From Candidatus Bathyarchaeota archaeon (GTDB lineage Archaea > Thermoproteota > Bathyarchaeia > Bathyarchaeales > Bathycorpusculaceae): a stretch of 64,000 nucleotides of DNA. Below are positions 1 through 8,894 of this stretch, in pieces. The DNA lies in the NCBI GenBank assembly GCA_963777155.1, contig CAVZPM010000038.1:35615-99614 (forward strand). Direction: 5' to 3'. The notes under the pieces were generated by a model that did no database searches, was not told the origin of the DNA, and was given only the letters and a program-made list of their open reading frames with translations. A program made the position numbers and the translations under genes. The stretch's first letter is position 1; the number at the start of each line of letters is the position of its first letter.

Positions 1-993
1 AATCATCAACTCGGATGGATAATAATAGATAAAGAAATTGACGAGATTGACGCTAGAATAATAGAAAATCTACTGGCAGATGCAAGAAAAAGTTTTCGTG
101 AAATCGCACAGGACTGTAATTTATCCGTTACAACAATATGGGATCGCTTTGGGAAACTAGCAAATGCAGGAATCATCACCGGTTCAACAATTCTAGTAAA
201 TCACAGAGTTTTAGGTAGCAAGATGACATGTAGTATTATAGTGGCTGTACATAAAGAGGAAATCAAACAAGTCTTTGAATATTTTCAAAAACTGCCTTTC
301 AAAATAGGGCTAATATACCAAGATCCAAAAAATCGCATTGGTCTTATTGTTGGTCTGAATCACCCAGATGACCTAGGCAAGTTGAAAGAAAGCATAAAAA
401 GGAACACTTTTGTTACCGATGTCAGGATTGACGTTTGGACTGGCATCAAGAATCTAATTGCGAATGTGGAGATAGGACAACAAGGTAATAAAAAAAGAGA
501 CATTAAACCATTTGAAAAACATGTCATTGAAGAGTATGATTTAGACGACATTGACCATCGACTGATTGATGCTTTAATTCTGAATAGTATTCAGCCATTT
601 GGCAAACTTTCAGAACAGATAGGAGTTTCAGTCAACACAGTATCAAGAAGATACAAGAAATTGATCGATTGTGGCGTAATTAAATCTGCAATTCAAATCA
701 ATGTTCTGAAACTTGGCTATTGTGCAAATGTCAGTTTTGCCTTATCTTTTTCGTCCCAAGTTGACCAAAGTGACGCGATAAAAGAAGTTCTAGCAATAAA
801 AAATAATTACCTTACAATAAAATTAAACGGTCCATACGATTTGATTATTCATGTACTATTAAGAGACCTCAATCAATTACTTCTTACCCAGAAACAGATT
901 GCAGATTTACCCGGAATATCAAGGTTTGAAATGCTGATATATCCTGCTATTCCACAGTGGCCCGTCAGCGGCGGTTATATATCGACATTTTAG
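1..993 (+). CDS. Tandem (double) Lrp/AsnC-family transcriptional regulator, 5'-partial or longer than the ORF track shows
   Basis: The frame of the 223 ORF is open back to base 1 and encodes a first AsnC HTH (IDEIDARIIENLLADARKSFREIAQDCNLSVTTIWDRFGKLANAGII). A second HTH (LDDIDHRLIDALILNSIQPFGKLSEQIGVSVNTVSRRYKKLIDCGVI) follows. Each HTH is followed by a RAM-like domain. Confidence 0.85.
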   Translation, partial: NHQLGWIIIDKEIDEIDARIIENLLADARKSFREIAQDCNLSVTTIWDRFGKLANAGIITGSTILVNHRVLGSKMTCSIIVAVHKEEIKQVFEYFQKLPFKIGLIYQDPKNRIGLIVGLNHPDDLGKLKESIKRNTFVTDVRIDVWTGIKNLIANVEIGQQGNKKRDIKPFEKHVIEEYDLDDIDHRLIDALILNSIQPFGKLSEQIGVSVNTVSRRYKKLIDCGVIKSAIQINVLKLGYCANVSFALSFSSQVDQSDAIKEVLAIKNNYLTIKLNGPYDLIIHVLLRDLNQLLLTQKQIADLPGISRFEMLIYPAIPQWPVSGGYISTF

Positions 994-1245
994 TTTACCT
1001 TCAACCGATTGAAATCTGAGGTAATAATGGTTTTCGAAAATGTGGAATTAATACAGTTACTTACGAATCTAATTCACGATACAAAACAGACCCGTGTTTT
1101 ATCATTAACTTTTTGAACTTTTCCGTTTTTTTAATCATCAAATTATCTGTTTAAGCAATCTTGAACTAAAAGCTAAAAAAATCCTGGGAGAACTTTCTTT
1201 CAAAAGAAAAAAGAGGTAATCTGGTGATATCTCCACTTTGCGAGG

Positions 1246-1260
1246 GGTTCAAATCCCCCC
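1246..1260 (+). repeat. tRNA T-arm-like fragment GGTTCAAATCCCCCC (copy 1 of the 12-mer TTCAAATCCCCC)
   Basis: Read directly: gaggggttcaaatcccccc forms GGGG-TTCAAAT-CCCC. The same 12-mer is at 1970-1981 and, reverse-complemented, at 13365-13376. Confidence 0.45.
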
Positions 1261-1560
1261 TGTTCACAAGAATAACTCCAGGACATTTTGGGATTTATTT
1301 TCTTTTTCTGAAAAGCATGTTTTCGCCGGAGTCTACCACTTCACAGAGTATTTAGCCCTATAAGCTTATAGATTCTTTCAAAAAAACTTTTGTTATTCTT
1401 CTTGCGGCAAGGACCCAATTACTAAGAAAAAGATAATTTGTGAAATGGGAATAAGGGTTAAACAAAAACCAGTAATTAAAATGTTATTTCCATAAGTAGA
1501 GCCAAAATCAAAAAGAAAAAGGATTTGTTAATTGAGTAAAGATGTTATAAGCTTAAGAGC

Positions 1561-1704
1561 TTAATATCTGCGTGGTGGTCTTCGTTTTGAGTAGCATTCT
1601 CGGCAGTATACTGGCCTGCTTCCGTCTGGTTTGAATGGAACGTCGCATTCTTTTCCGCAGTCTGCGCAGGTTGCCTTGTGCATCTCTTTATTGCCATATG
1701 ACAT
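1561..1704 (-). CDS. CxxC-x17-CxxC small zinc-finger protein, 47 aa (not in ORF track)
   Basis: Manual translation MSYGNKEMHKATCADCGKECDVPFKPDGSRPVYCRECYSKRRPPRRY, with exactly 17 residues between the two CxxC motifs and the family-typical VPFKPDGSRPVYC segment. Confidence 0.9.
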   Translation of the reverse strand: MSYGNKEMHKATCADCGKECDVPFKPDGSRPVYCRECYSKRRPPRRY

Positions 1705-1966
1705 TTCTATTTTTCACTTCCTTTTACTACTTTGCAAATTCCTCTGCATGCTTGTGTAGCGCGGTGCTTACACTAAAACTTATCCGTTAAAAAAAAGCTT
1801 TCCGAGGTCGTTATTGCTTTCACTCACAAACAACCCCCCAACCGCAAGCCACGAAAACTGTGCGATAATAACCGCAGAGGTAGCGTGTATTTTCATATTC
1901 TTATATCTCGTTAATTATTCCAAAGTTAAAGAAAGAGTTATGCGAGTGAATCCTTTTCTCTGTCCT

Positions 1967-1981
1967 GGTTTCAAATCCCCC
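1967..1981 (+). repeat. tRNA T-arm-like fragment GGTTTCAAATCCCCC (copy 2)
   Basis: Shares TTCAAATCCCCC with 1248-1259 and with 13365-13376 (reverse complement). Confidence 0.4.
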
Positions 1982-2104
1982 AGTCCGCTTAATTCTTGAA
2001 ACTATCTGTTAAAATCAGTTGTCTCCCTGGCCATCAATGAGTCGGCGGGGCAACTTCAGGGTTAATTTATTAACGCATTGGAATTGCAGATTTGCTTGGA
2101 AGAA

Positions 2105-2725
2105 TTAAGGAGAGGGAGCGTAGTATGAAATGGGTGTGGCTTGAAACCAAGCATCAGGGTTCTGGAACTTTACAAATGGCACATTGCTTTCCTGTTTCTT
2201 TTCAGCAGTTAATTGATTAATTGTTTGAAGTATCTCAATGTGACGTTCTTCATCTGTAATAATTTTTAAGAATATCTTTTTTATTTTAGTTAAATCAACA
2301 GAATATTTCTCATTTATAAAAGCTGTCATCCTTTCAAGCGTCTGCATTTGTATCAGCATGTAGTATTCTTCGCCCATCTGACTTTCCAAGGTAATTAGAA
2401 TTTCACTTATTTTCGGCAAATTCTCTGAGGAGACTTTCTCTATCTTTGCGAGGTCTTTAATGAAATTAGTTATAGTTTTCAGCGTCGGGTTGTTTTTTTG
2501 GCATTCTTTTAGTTTACACTTCGGTTACCTGAAGCTGTTACTTACTCCACTAAGCATAATGGAATGTTTTTGGCTATCTAACTCAATTTCTTTTAAGAGT
2601 GTTTTTACTAGAGGAATATCAACTTTATCACATAAAGCTCCGTATAGTAAACTAGTCTGGTTCTCTAGGATACTCTGGCAATTTAGGTATTCCGAAATCT
2701 TGTCTGCTTCATTGTTACTCATCAA
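2105..2725 (-). pseudogene. Ferritin/rubrerythrin-like diiron protein interrupted by one in-frame TAA at 2525-2527
   Basis: ORFs 2525..2725 and 2105..2419 are in the same frame, joined by 35 open codons (PKCKLKECQKNNPTLKTITNFIKDLAKIEKVSSEN). Ferritin-like motifs E..(D/E)xxH occur in both halves (ELDSQKH, DEERH). Confidence 0.65.
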
Positions 2726-2815
2726 TAACTGCTTCCTGAATGTTTAGACCTTTTTTTCCATATATTGTTTATGAACTCTCAATAAGTAAGTTACGACATT
2801 TTCATCTACTCAAGA

Positions 2816-2836
2816 CTGACAGAACTATTCTGTCAG
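2816..2836. promoter_or_regulatory. Perfect 9-3-9 inverted repeat CTGACAGAA-CTA-TTCTGTCAG, putative operator
   Basis: Read directly. Lies in the divergent intergenic region between the ferritin-like and FAH genes. Confidence 0.5.
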
Positions 2837-2992
2837 ACGAGATTTTATTTTCCACGAGTTTTTACAGCAAAGAAGAACAGGCAACAAGTTGATCTTTTAA
2901 CGCACCCTTGCACGCCCTGGCTTTTAATAGAAAAGGGCAAATACAAAGCATCCCTAGATTAATCGAGTAATTAATGCTACATAGACGCGTCG

Positions 2993-3889
2993 GTGATAGG
3001 TGAAAAGATGAAAATAGTTAAGTATCAATACAAAGGCAAAGAAAACTATGGCATCATACAGTCTGAGAAGCTTATGTGTCTTACTGATTTAGCCAAAAAC
3101 TATGAAATCGATTTGCCTAACACAATTGAAGATTTTATCAAAAGTCCAACAGCTGAGAAAAATGCAGACAGAATACTTGCGGAAACGACAAGCAGTGAAC
3201 TCGATGCATTTTCTATACCTACAAGTAAGACAAAACTTCTGACGCCAATAATTTCTCCACCCAAAATACTCTGTTTAGGTCTAAACTATGCTAGTCATGT
3301 GAATGAAACAAAAGAAAAAAGACCTGAGCAGCCAGTTGTTTTCATGAAACCAAATACAACTGTAATTGGACCCAATGACAAAATAATCAAACGCCCTTTT
3401 GTGGAACAACTCGACTATGAAGCTGAACTTGCAATAGTCATAGGCAAGCAAGCTAAAGATATCGCCATTTCGGAGGCGCCTAACTATGTTTTTGGCTACA
3501 CTATACTAAACGATGTTTCAGCTCGGGATTTCCAGTTTAAAGGGAGCCAATGGACCCCTGGTAAAAGCTTCGATACTTTTGCACCTATCGGTCCTTGCAT
3601 AACCACAAGAAAGCAAGTGCCCAACATTAACAACCTTGCAATCAAGACATGGGTAAATGGAGAATTGCGCCAAGACGGTAACACGCGGGATATGATTTTT
3701 AGCGTTAGCGAAATAATCTACCATTTAAGCCGAATCATGACGTTAAAACCATGCGACATAATCGCAACAGGTACCCCATCTGGTGTAGGAATGGCTATGC
3801 GACCGCAAAAATGGCTAAACAGCAACGACAAAGTTAAGATAGAAATTGAAGGTATAGGTATTTTAGATAACACCGTTGAAGAGAAATAG
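2993..3889 (+). CDS. Fumarylacetoacetate hydrolase (FAH) family protein
   Basis: KILCLGLNYASH, FMKP, LDYEAEL, GYTILNDVSARD, GKSFDTFAPIGP and IATGTPSGVG motifs. Confidence 0.93.
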   Translation: MIGEKMKIVKYQYKGKENYGIIQSEKLMCLTDLAKNYEIDLPNTIEDFIKSPTAEKNADRILAETTSSELDAFSIPTSKTKLLTPIISPPKILCLGLNYASHVNETKEKRPEQPVVFMKPNTTVIGPNDKIIKRPFVEQLDYEAELAIVIGKQAKDIAISEAPNYVFGYTILNDVSARDFQFKGSQWTPGKSFDTFAPIGPCITTRKQVPNINNLAIKTWVNGELRQDGNTRDMIFSVSEIIYHLSRIMTLKPCDIIATGTPSGVGMAMRPQKWLNSNDKVKIEIEGIGILDNTVEEK

Positions 3890-4033
3890 GCTTACTTGTC
3901 GGATAGTTCTGGGATCTGCTGAGTCAACAAAGAACAGTTTACAGAAATACTCTGCTGATAATTAACCAGTTTAACTGATACGGTTAGGTTATTAAGGGAG
4001 AAATCGCTTAGTTTAAATCCAGGTGATTTTCTT

Positions 4034-4363
4034 TTGGTTTTAGCAAGAATGAGTAAATGGACTTTTAAAAAAGATAAACGGAAAGAAGCTTTCTTAGAGC
4101 TAGACCATTTGTTAAATACTTTAGTCCATCAAACTGAGGGATTTCGAGGCTCCATGGCGATGCTTTCTCAAGATTTGAACTCTGCAACAATCTTAACTCT
4201 ATGGGTAGACATAGAGGCATTAAACAGATCAGAAAAAGACGTATTCAAGCAAGCCATCAAAAAAGTCCAAGATCTACTTGAGTGCCCTCCACAAATTGAT
4301 AACTTCATGATTTTCCGAACAGAGCTCTTTCAAAGTTCACAATGGCCTACTCACTGGGGTTAA
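4034..4363 (+). CDS. Small dimeric alpha/beta-barrel (ABM, antibiotic biosynthesis monooxygenase-like) protein
   Basis: About 100 aa with the ABM-like pattern (W.FK..KR.EA ... EGFRGS ... TLW.D.EAL). Confidence 0.55.
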   Translation: MVLARMSKWTFKKDKRKEAFLELDHLLNTLVHQTEGFRGSMAMLSQDLNSATILTLWVDIEALNRSEKDVFKQAIKKVQDLLECPPQIDNFMIFRTELFQSSQWPTHWG

Positions 4364-4577
4364 TTAGCACAGAACATTTCGACATAGCACCGTTTAGATA
4401 CAGTCAGCAACAAAGTCGCAGATAGTCTGCTAAACCAAGAGCCTTTCATTCAACTCTCCACACCTGCTTCCGATTATTCTTAAAATTCAATCGATAATTA
4501 GAATTGATTTGAAAAACAAGACGAATTGTTGTTCTAAAAGAGCTAAAAAGAAGAATGGGATTGTTTTGATTTTAGCC

Positions 4578-4757
4578 TTATGGGTGTTTCCTGAGGAGTA
4601 ACACTGTCGCCACGGCAACTGCTAGAATGATTGCGATTGCCGCGATTGCTGTGTAGGTCATCAAGTCTGTTGTAGTTGCTATATTTGATATTGGAGTGGC
4701 TGTTGGCGCTGGAGTAACTGATTCGCTGACGTGGAAGGATGTTTCAGCAGCTTTTTT
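4578..4757 (-). pseudogene. Orphan 3' fragment of a PQQ-like surface-protein gene (stalk, TM helix, RKHP tail)
   Basis: Manual translation AAETSFHVSESVTPAPTATPISNIATTTDLMTYTAIAAIAIILAVAVATVLLLRKHP*, which matches the C-termini of 22480.. (KKRP*) and 54856.. (RKHP*). An in-frame TGA lies immediately upstream and there is no start codon before the stalk. Confidence 0.75.
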
Positions 4758-4844
4758 TCAAGGACAAAATTTGTGAAATAAACTTAAAACAAATGGATTG
4801 AATAACTAAGAAAATGAAGTAGGGATTTTTATTTGAAATTTTTG

Positions 4845-5110
4845 TAAGCGCTTCTGGATCATAATTACTAATTTAACACTGGCAATTGCTATTCAAAAAT
4901 TTTTGCCAATACCTTATGTGAAATACACTTCAGTTGGTGGAAGCACAGTTAATGGATATGGTGAATCTGTTGGATCTACTGGGTTATAACAAAGGATGCT
5001 TCAGCGGGTGATAGCCAATATGATTTGCTAACGCTAAATATCGCATATACCAAGTATATCTGTTGTTATTGATAGCTGTAGTGTCAATTTGCACGGTTGT
5101 TGCAGTATCA
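4845..5110 (-). pseudogene. Heavily eroded second 3' fragment of the same surface-protein family
   Basis: Across frames and stops it reads TATT.AN.HYSYQ.., YLVYAIFSVSKSYWLSPAEASFVIT, PTDSPYPLTVLPPTEVYF and IAIASVKLVIMIQKR. This aligns with GTATTDALG..YKVFATFAGSDSYWQSSSETAFNV..ADLYF..TM..RKHP of the 54856 ORF. Confidence 0.6.
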
Positions 5111-5183
5111 AAGATGGTACTGTGATAAAGAGAAAAGATATGTTAGGTTTTTTCGGTTTAAGTAGCGTTAAAAAAATAAAGAG

Positions 5184-5252
5184 CTACTTCTTTCCGGTTT
5201 TTTCTTCGTGTTTTTTCTTTTTTGCTGCATTCTTTTTTGCTAACGATGGCAT
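5184..5252 (-). CDS. Putative 22-aa Lys-rich peptide MPSLAKKNAAKKKKHEEKTGKK
   Basis: ATG at 5252 preceded by GAGGA, TAG at 5184-5186, an AT-rich TATA-like tract upstream and a T-rich tract downstream. Confidence 0.45.
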   Translation of the reverse strand: MPSLAKKNAAKKKKHEEKTGKK

Positions 5253-5385
5253 AATATTCCTCAGTTAATTCCTTGCTACATTATTATGCAGTAAAGCGCC
5301 TAAAAGCTTAACTATCAAAAAAACAGGTAGATGAATTAAATTATATATAATGGATCATACAGTTTCATGAAAAGCATAGTTAACT

Positions 5386-5838
5386 GTGATTTGGGGGAGA
5401 AATTGGTTGGATGAAATCTTAGAAATGCTAGATAAAACAGCAAAGCGTATACAGAAAGACGCGGACGAAACCAAAGAAGCCACTGCAAAACAAACAGCTA
5501 TTTATGAGGGTCTTCTTGTTTCACCACTGGCGTCTCAAGAACAAAAATTAAGAGCGTTCATTGGAAAAACACTTGAATTAGACCGATTAGAACGGCTGAA
5601 TTCTCAATTAAGCCTGCTCTATACGTTGCAGATCTTCGCGTTCAAAGTTAAAGTGATTGAAGTTTCAGTTTGCAAAATAAATGAGCAACTTGTAAAATCT
5701 GGGGTTTTACAGAAGAGCGGCGAAGTAGAAGACATAAAGAAGAATATTGATGCCCTCAAAATCCTAATCGAAGCCCACTACGAGTCGATGAAAGAAATAA
5801 ACGAAACACAGAACAAAAACTTGGGTTATATTCAATAA
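5386..5838 (+). CDS. Hypothetical helical/coiled-coil protein
   Basis: 150-aa ORF with heptad-like charged helices. No family recognised. Confidence 0.7.
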   Translation: MIWGRNWLDEILEMLDKTAKRIQKDADETKEATAKQTAIYEGLLVSPLASQEQKLRAFIGKTLELDRLERLNSQLSLLYTLQIFAFKVKVIEVSVCKINEQLVKSGVLQKSGEVEDIKKNIDALKILIEAHYESMKEINETQNKNLGYIQ

Positions 5839-5916
5839 AATAAATTAAATAAAAAGGGCAGCCTGGTGGTCTTCACCACTCTTCAGGTTTTTTCTGCCTG
5901 CAACAGTTTAGCTTTT

Positions 5917-6839
5917 TTAGAAGAGTTTTTCCCAGCTTGTGACTAGGTCGAGAACTTCTTGACCTGCTTTTCCGCCGTAACTCTTCAGGCGTTCGCGTGT
6001 GTCTTTTTCTGCAATTGCTGTCTTTCTGGAATTCTTGCATTTGTGCTGCTTTGTCTGTGAGGTATAGGAGGCCGTCTACGCCTGCGCGTGCCATGCGGAC
6101 TGAGACTGTTAAGAGTTCACTTGCGGTTGGTGTTTCTTTTGGATCGTCGCCGGGCCCGATGACGTAGAGTGCAATGTTTAGTTTGACGTCTTTGAAGAGT
6201 TTCTTGAAGTTGCGTGTAAGCATTTCCCAGTACCATGGTGTAGCGTAGTTCTTGCTGAACATTACAACGAACATTTCGGTTGTGAGTGGTAGCATGTCGT
6301 CGAAGTTGACGCCGAAGCGTTCATAGTTTGTAACAGGGTCTGGTAGGACACCGATGTAGAATGGTTTCTTTGCTTTGTTGATATACGCGTCGCTTACTTG
6401 TGCCATGTAGTCTGTGACTTCTTTGCGTCTCCATTCATACCATGATAAGTCCGCTTTTTGCGTGTAGTTCTTTGCATCGTGGGCATGTGCAGTGGCCGTG
6501 TTCTGCGAAGTGGATGCTGTTTAGCCAGATGCCTTGGCTTTTGCGTGCGACGTCTTCCATGTAGTCGAGTTGTTCTGCTCGGTGTTCTGGTTGTGTTGCG
6601 CAGAGGACTTCCCAGCGTACGTTGTAGTTGTCGTTGGTTCTCCATGCGGGTCCCAGGTCGGATTGGCTGATCCAGTCTGGGTGAATGCGGGCGGTTACGT
6701 TGTCTCCGAAAATTGCGATGTTGCTGTGCATGTCAGCTTTTGGCGGCATTCGTCTGCCTACTTCAGGTTTTACTCGGAAAAGGTCATAGTCGAAGCCTGG
6801 AACTTTCTTTGCTTCAAACATGTATGTGCCGAATTTCAT
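5917..6839 (-). CDS. Putative glycoside-hydrolase-like (GHL/DUF187-type TIM-barrel) protein with a CxCxxC motif, split by two frameshifts
   Basis: ORF 6435..6839 (WEVLCATQPEHR..HFAEHGHCTCPRCK) continues via ..WYEWRRKEVTDYM into 5873..6406. A second shift near 6025 gives ..TAIAEKDTRERLKSYGGKAGQEVLDLVTSWEKLF* ending at 5917. Confidence 0.55.
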
Positions 6840-7148
6840 CTTACTTCTACCTTTTTAGAAACCAAAACGTTCGGCGCTGTTATAAAGTTTTGCATAATAA
6901 GACTAAAATAATTTTCAGAACCTAAATCGGTGTTTCGCGATTGCTTAATTTGCAGTATTGCATGGAGTGTTATGATTAATACACTGAAATTCAAGAATAC
7001 TAGAGCCCACTGAAAATAGAGATAGACAACCTCTCCTTTGAGGAGTTTGTAAAAAGATTACTAGTATCCTTCAAATAATATATTGCCTGAAAAAGTCAGG
7101 TATATTCTTATCAGCTTGACGTGCAATATAGAAAATGAGGCTAAACTG

Positions 7149-7973
7149 ATGAGAAACCAAAATGATTGGCAACAAATCCTGCACGAATGTAAAAACAAGG
7201 TGCAAACAGCCATTAAACCCTGCCTCAAAAACCTAAAGGAAACAGAGTCGAATCTGGGTACAGGTGCAGGCGGCGACTTGATGAAGCCTGTGGATTTAGC
7301 TGCGGAGACTGCAATCGTTGAAACACTAAAAGGACATGACGTTTCTTTTACGTTAATCAGTGAAGAGTCAGGCATCAAAAAGTACGGTTCAGAACCTCAT
7401 GACTGCTATGTCACAGTTGACCCAATTGATGGAACAACGAATCTGGTGCATGGCTTACCCTTCTATGCTTCTTCAATTGCCATTTCCCAGAAACCAGAGC
7501 TCGCTGATGTTTATGCAGGCATGGTTGTTGATCTTGCGCATGATGTGGCATACACGGCTTTTGAAGGCATGGGTGCTTTTCGAAATGGCAAAAAAATCGA
7601 AACCTCCAGAGTTGAAACCTTAGATGACGCAGTCGTTGGTTTGGACTTAAACACCTATAAAGCCAAAGATGTTGTATCGAAAGTCACTGCGTTAATTGTT
7701 AACACAAAACATATCAGACATTTTGGCGCCAACGCCCTCGAGGTCTGCTTTGTCGCGGATGGTTTAACCGATGCCTTTATTGATTTGCGGGGAAAAATCC
7801 GCACCACTGATGTCGCCGCAGGGTTTCTCATCGTTAAAGAGGCAGGCGGTATAGTATCCACCCCAGATAATCAAGCCTTAAATGTCAAGTTGGATCCCAC
7901 GCAAAGGTTAAGCTTCATAGCTTCAGCTAATCTTGAGATTCATAGAAAAATCGTAAGCTTGGTTAAACCCTGA
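7149..7973 (+). CDS. suhB: Inositol monophosphatase / archaeal bifunctional FBPase-IMPase family
   Basis: LISEESG, DPIDGTTN, GANALEVC and DVAAG motifs. Likely start is ATG 7149 (ORF track starts at 7083). Confidence 0.88.
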   Translation: MRNQNDWQQILHECKNKVQTAIKPCLKNLKETESNLGTGAGGDLMKPVDLAAETAIVETLKGHDVSFTLISEESGIKKYGSEPHDCYVTVDPIDGTTNLVHGLPFYASSIAISQKPELADVYAGMVVDLAHDVAYTAFEGMGAFRNGKKIETSRVETLDDAVVGLDLNTYKAKDVVSKVTALIVNTKHIRHFGANALEVCFVADGLTDAFIDLRGKIRTTDVAAGFLIVKEAGGIVSTPDNQALNVKLDPTQRLSFIASANLEIHRKIVSLVKP

Positions 7974-8815
7974 TGTTAAATCTGCTTTTACCCAACCCTG
8001 CAGCTATAGCAAAATCAGATAAAACCAAGACTCTTCTTATCGCTGATCCGCATTTGGGCTGGGAAATGCAGCTTCAAGAAAAAGGCATCCATGTACCGAG
8101 TCAAACATCCAAAATACTCAACAAGTTAACTGCAATTATATGCAAGTACAAACCCGATAGGCTGGTTATTCTTGGCGACGTAAAATACACGGTGGTTTCG
8201 CATGAGTTTGGTGAGTGGCAAGATATTCCAGATTTTTTTAGAAAACTTCAAGATATTATTGGCAATATAGCTATCGTGCGGGGTAATCATGACGCAAATT
8301 TAGAACCGTTGCTGCCAGAGAGTATTGAGCTTCTGCCTGCGACGGGGGAAGTAATCGGGGACGTTGGGGTTTTTCACGGCCACAAATGGCCTTCGCCAGC
8401 GCTTTTAGGGTGCAAAACATTGGTTATGGGACATCTTCACCCTGTGGTTGTTTTTCATGACCCAGCAGGTTTTAAGATGACAAGGCAAGTGTGGATGAAG
8501 ACTAAGGTTGATAGCGAAGGTTTAGCCAAGATTTTACTTAAGAAGGCTGGCGTAAAAATAGAGAATTCAGTAACTGAAACCCTGAGGAAACATTACAGTG
8601 TCAAACTCAAAGCTTCTGAACTCTACATAATGCCTAGTTTCAATGATTTTCTAGGTGGTAGACCCGTAAACGAAACAAGACCGCGGAAAGATATCGGTAG
8701 TGAAAAGTTGATTGGGCCTGTTTTGCGTTCGGAGGCGGTGGATGTTGATGATGCCGAGCTTTACCTTTTAGACGGCACTTTTCTTGGATCTTTAAATCAG
8801 CTTCGGCAATTGTGA
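7973..8815 (+). CDS. Calcineurin-like metallophosphoesterase (ICC-like)
   Basis: ADPHLG, LGDVK, RGNHD, FHGH and GHLHP metal-binding motifs. Translationally coupled to the IMPase (TGATG). Confidence 0.88.
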   Translation: MLNLLLPNPAAIAKSDKTKTLLIADPHLGWEMQLQEKGIHVPSQTSKILNKLTAIICKYKPDRLVILGDVKYTVVSHEFGEWQDIPDFFRKLQDIIGNIAIVRGNHDANLEPLLPESIELLPATGEVIGDVGVFHGHKWPSPALLGCKTLVMGHLHPVVVFHDPAGFKMTRQVWMKTKVDSEGLAKILLKKAGVKIENSVTETLRKHYSVKLKASELYIMPSFNDFLGGRPVNETRPRKDIGSEKLIGPVLRSEAVDVDDAELYLLDGTFLGSLNQLRQL

Positions 8816-8894
8816 CCAGTTAGGGATTGCTACGCTAACTCTTATATCTGCCACATATTATATGCATGATATAGTTTGAGGAGGATAAAACAAA

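Noticed and set aside
1215-1270. Intact tRNA gene (AATCTGGT D-loop-like sequence, TTTGCG, T-arm)
   Set aside because: No acceptor stem pairs and the spacing is too short for a cloverleaf. Kept only as a T-arm-like fragment.
2525-2527. Selenocysteine/pyrrolysine recoding in the ferritin-like gene
   Set aside because: The codon is TAA, not TGA or TAG, and no Sec/Pyl machinery is seen.
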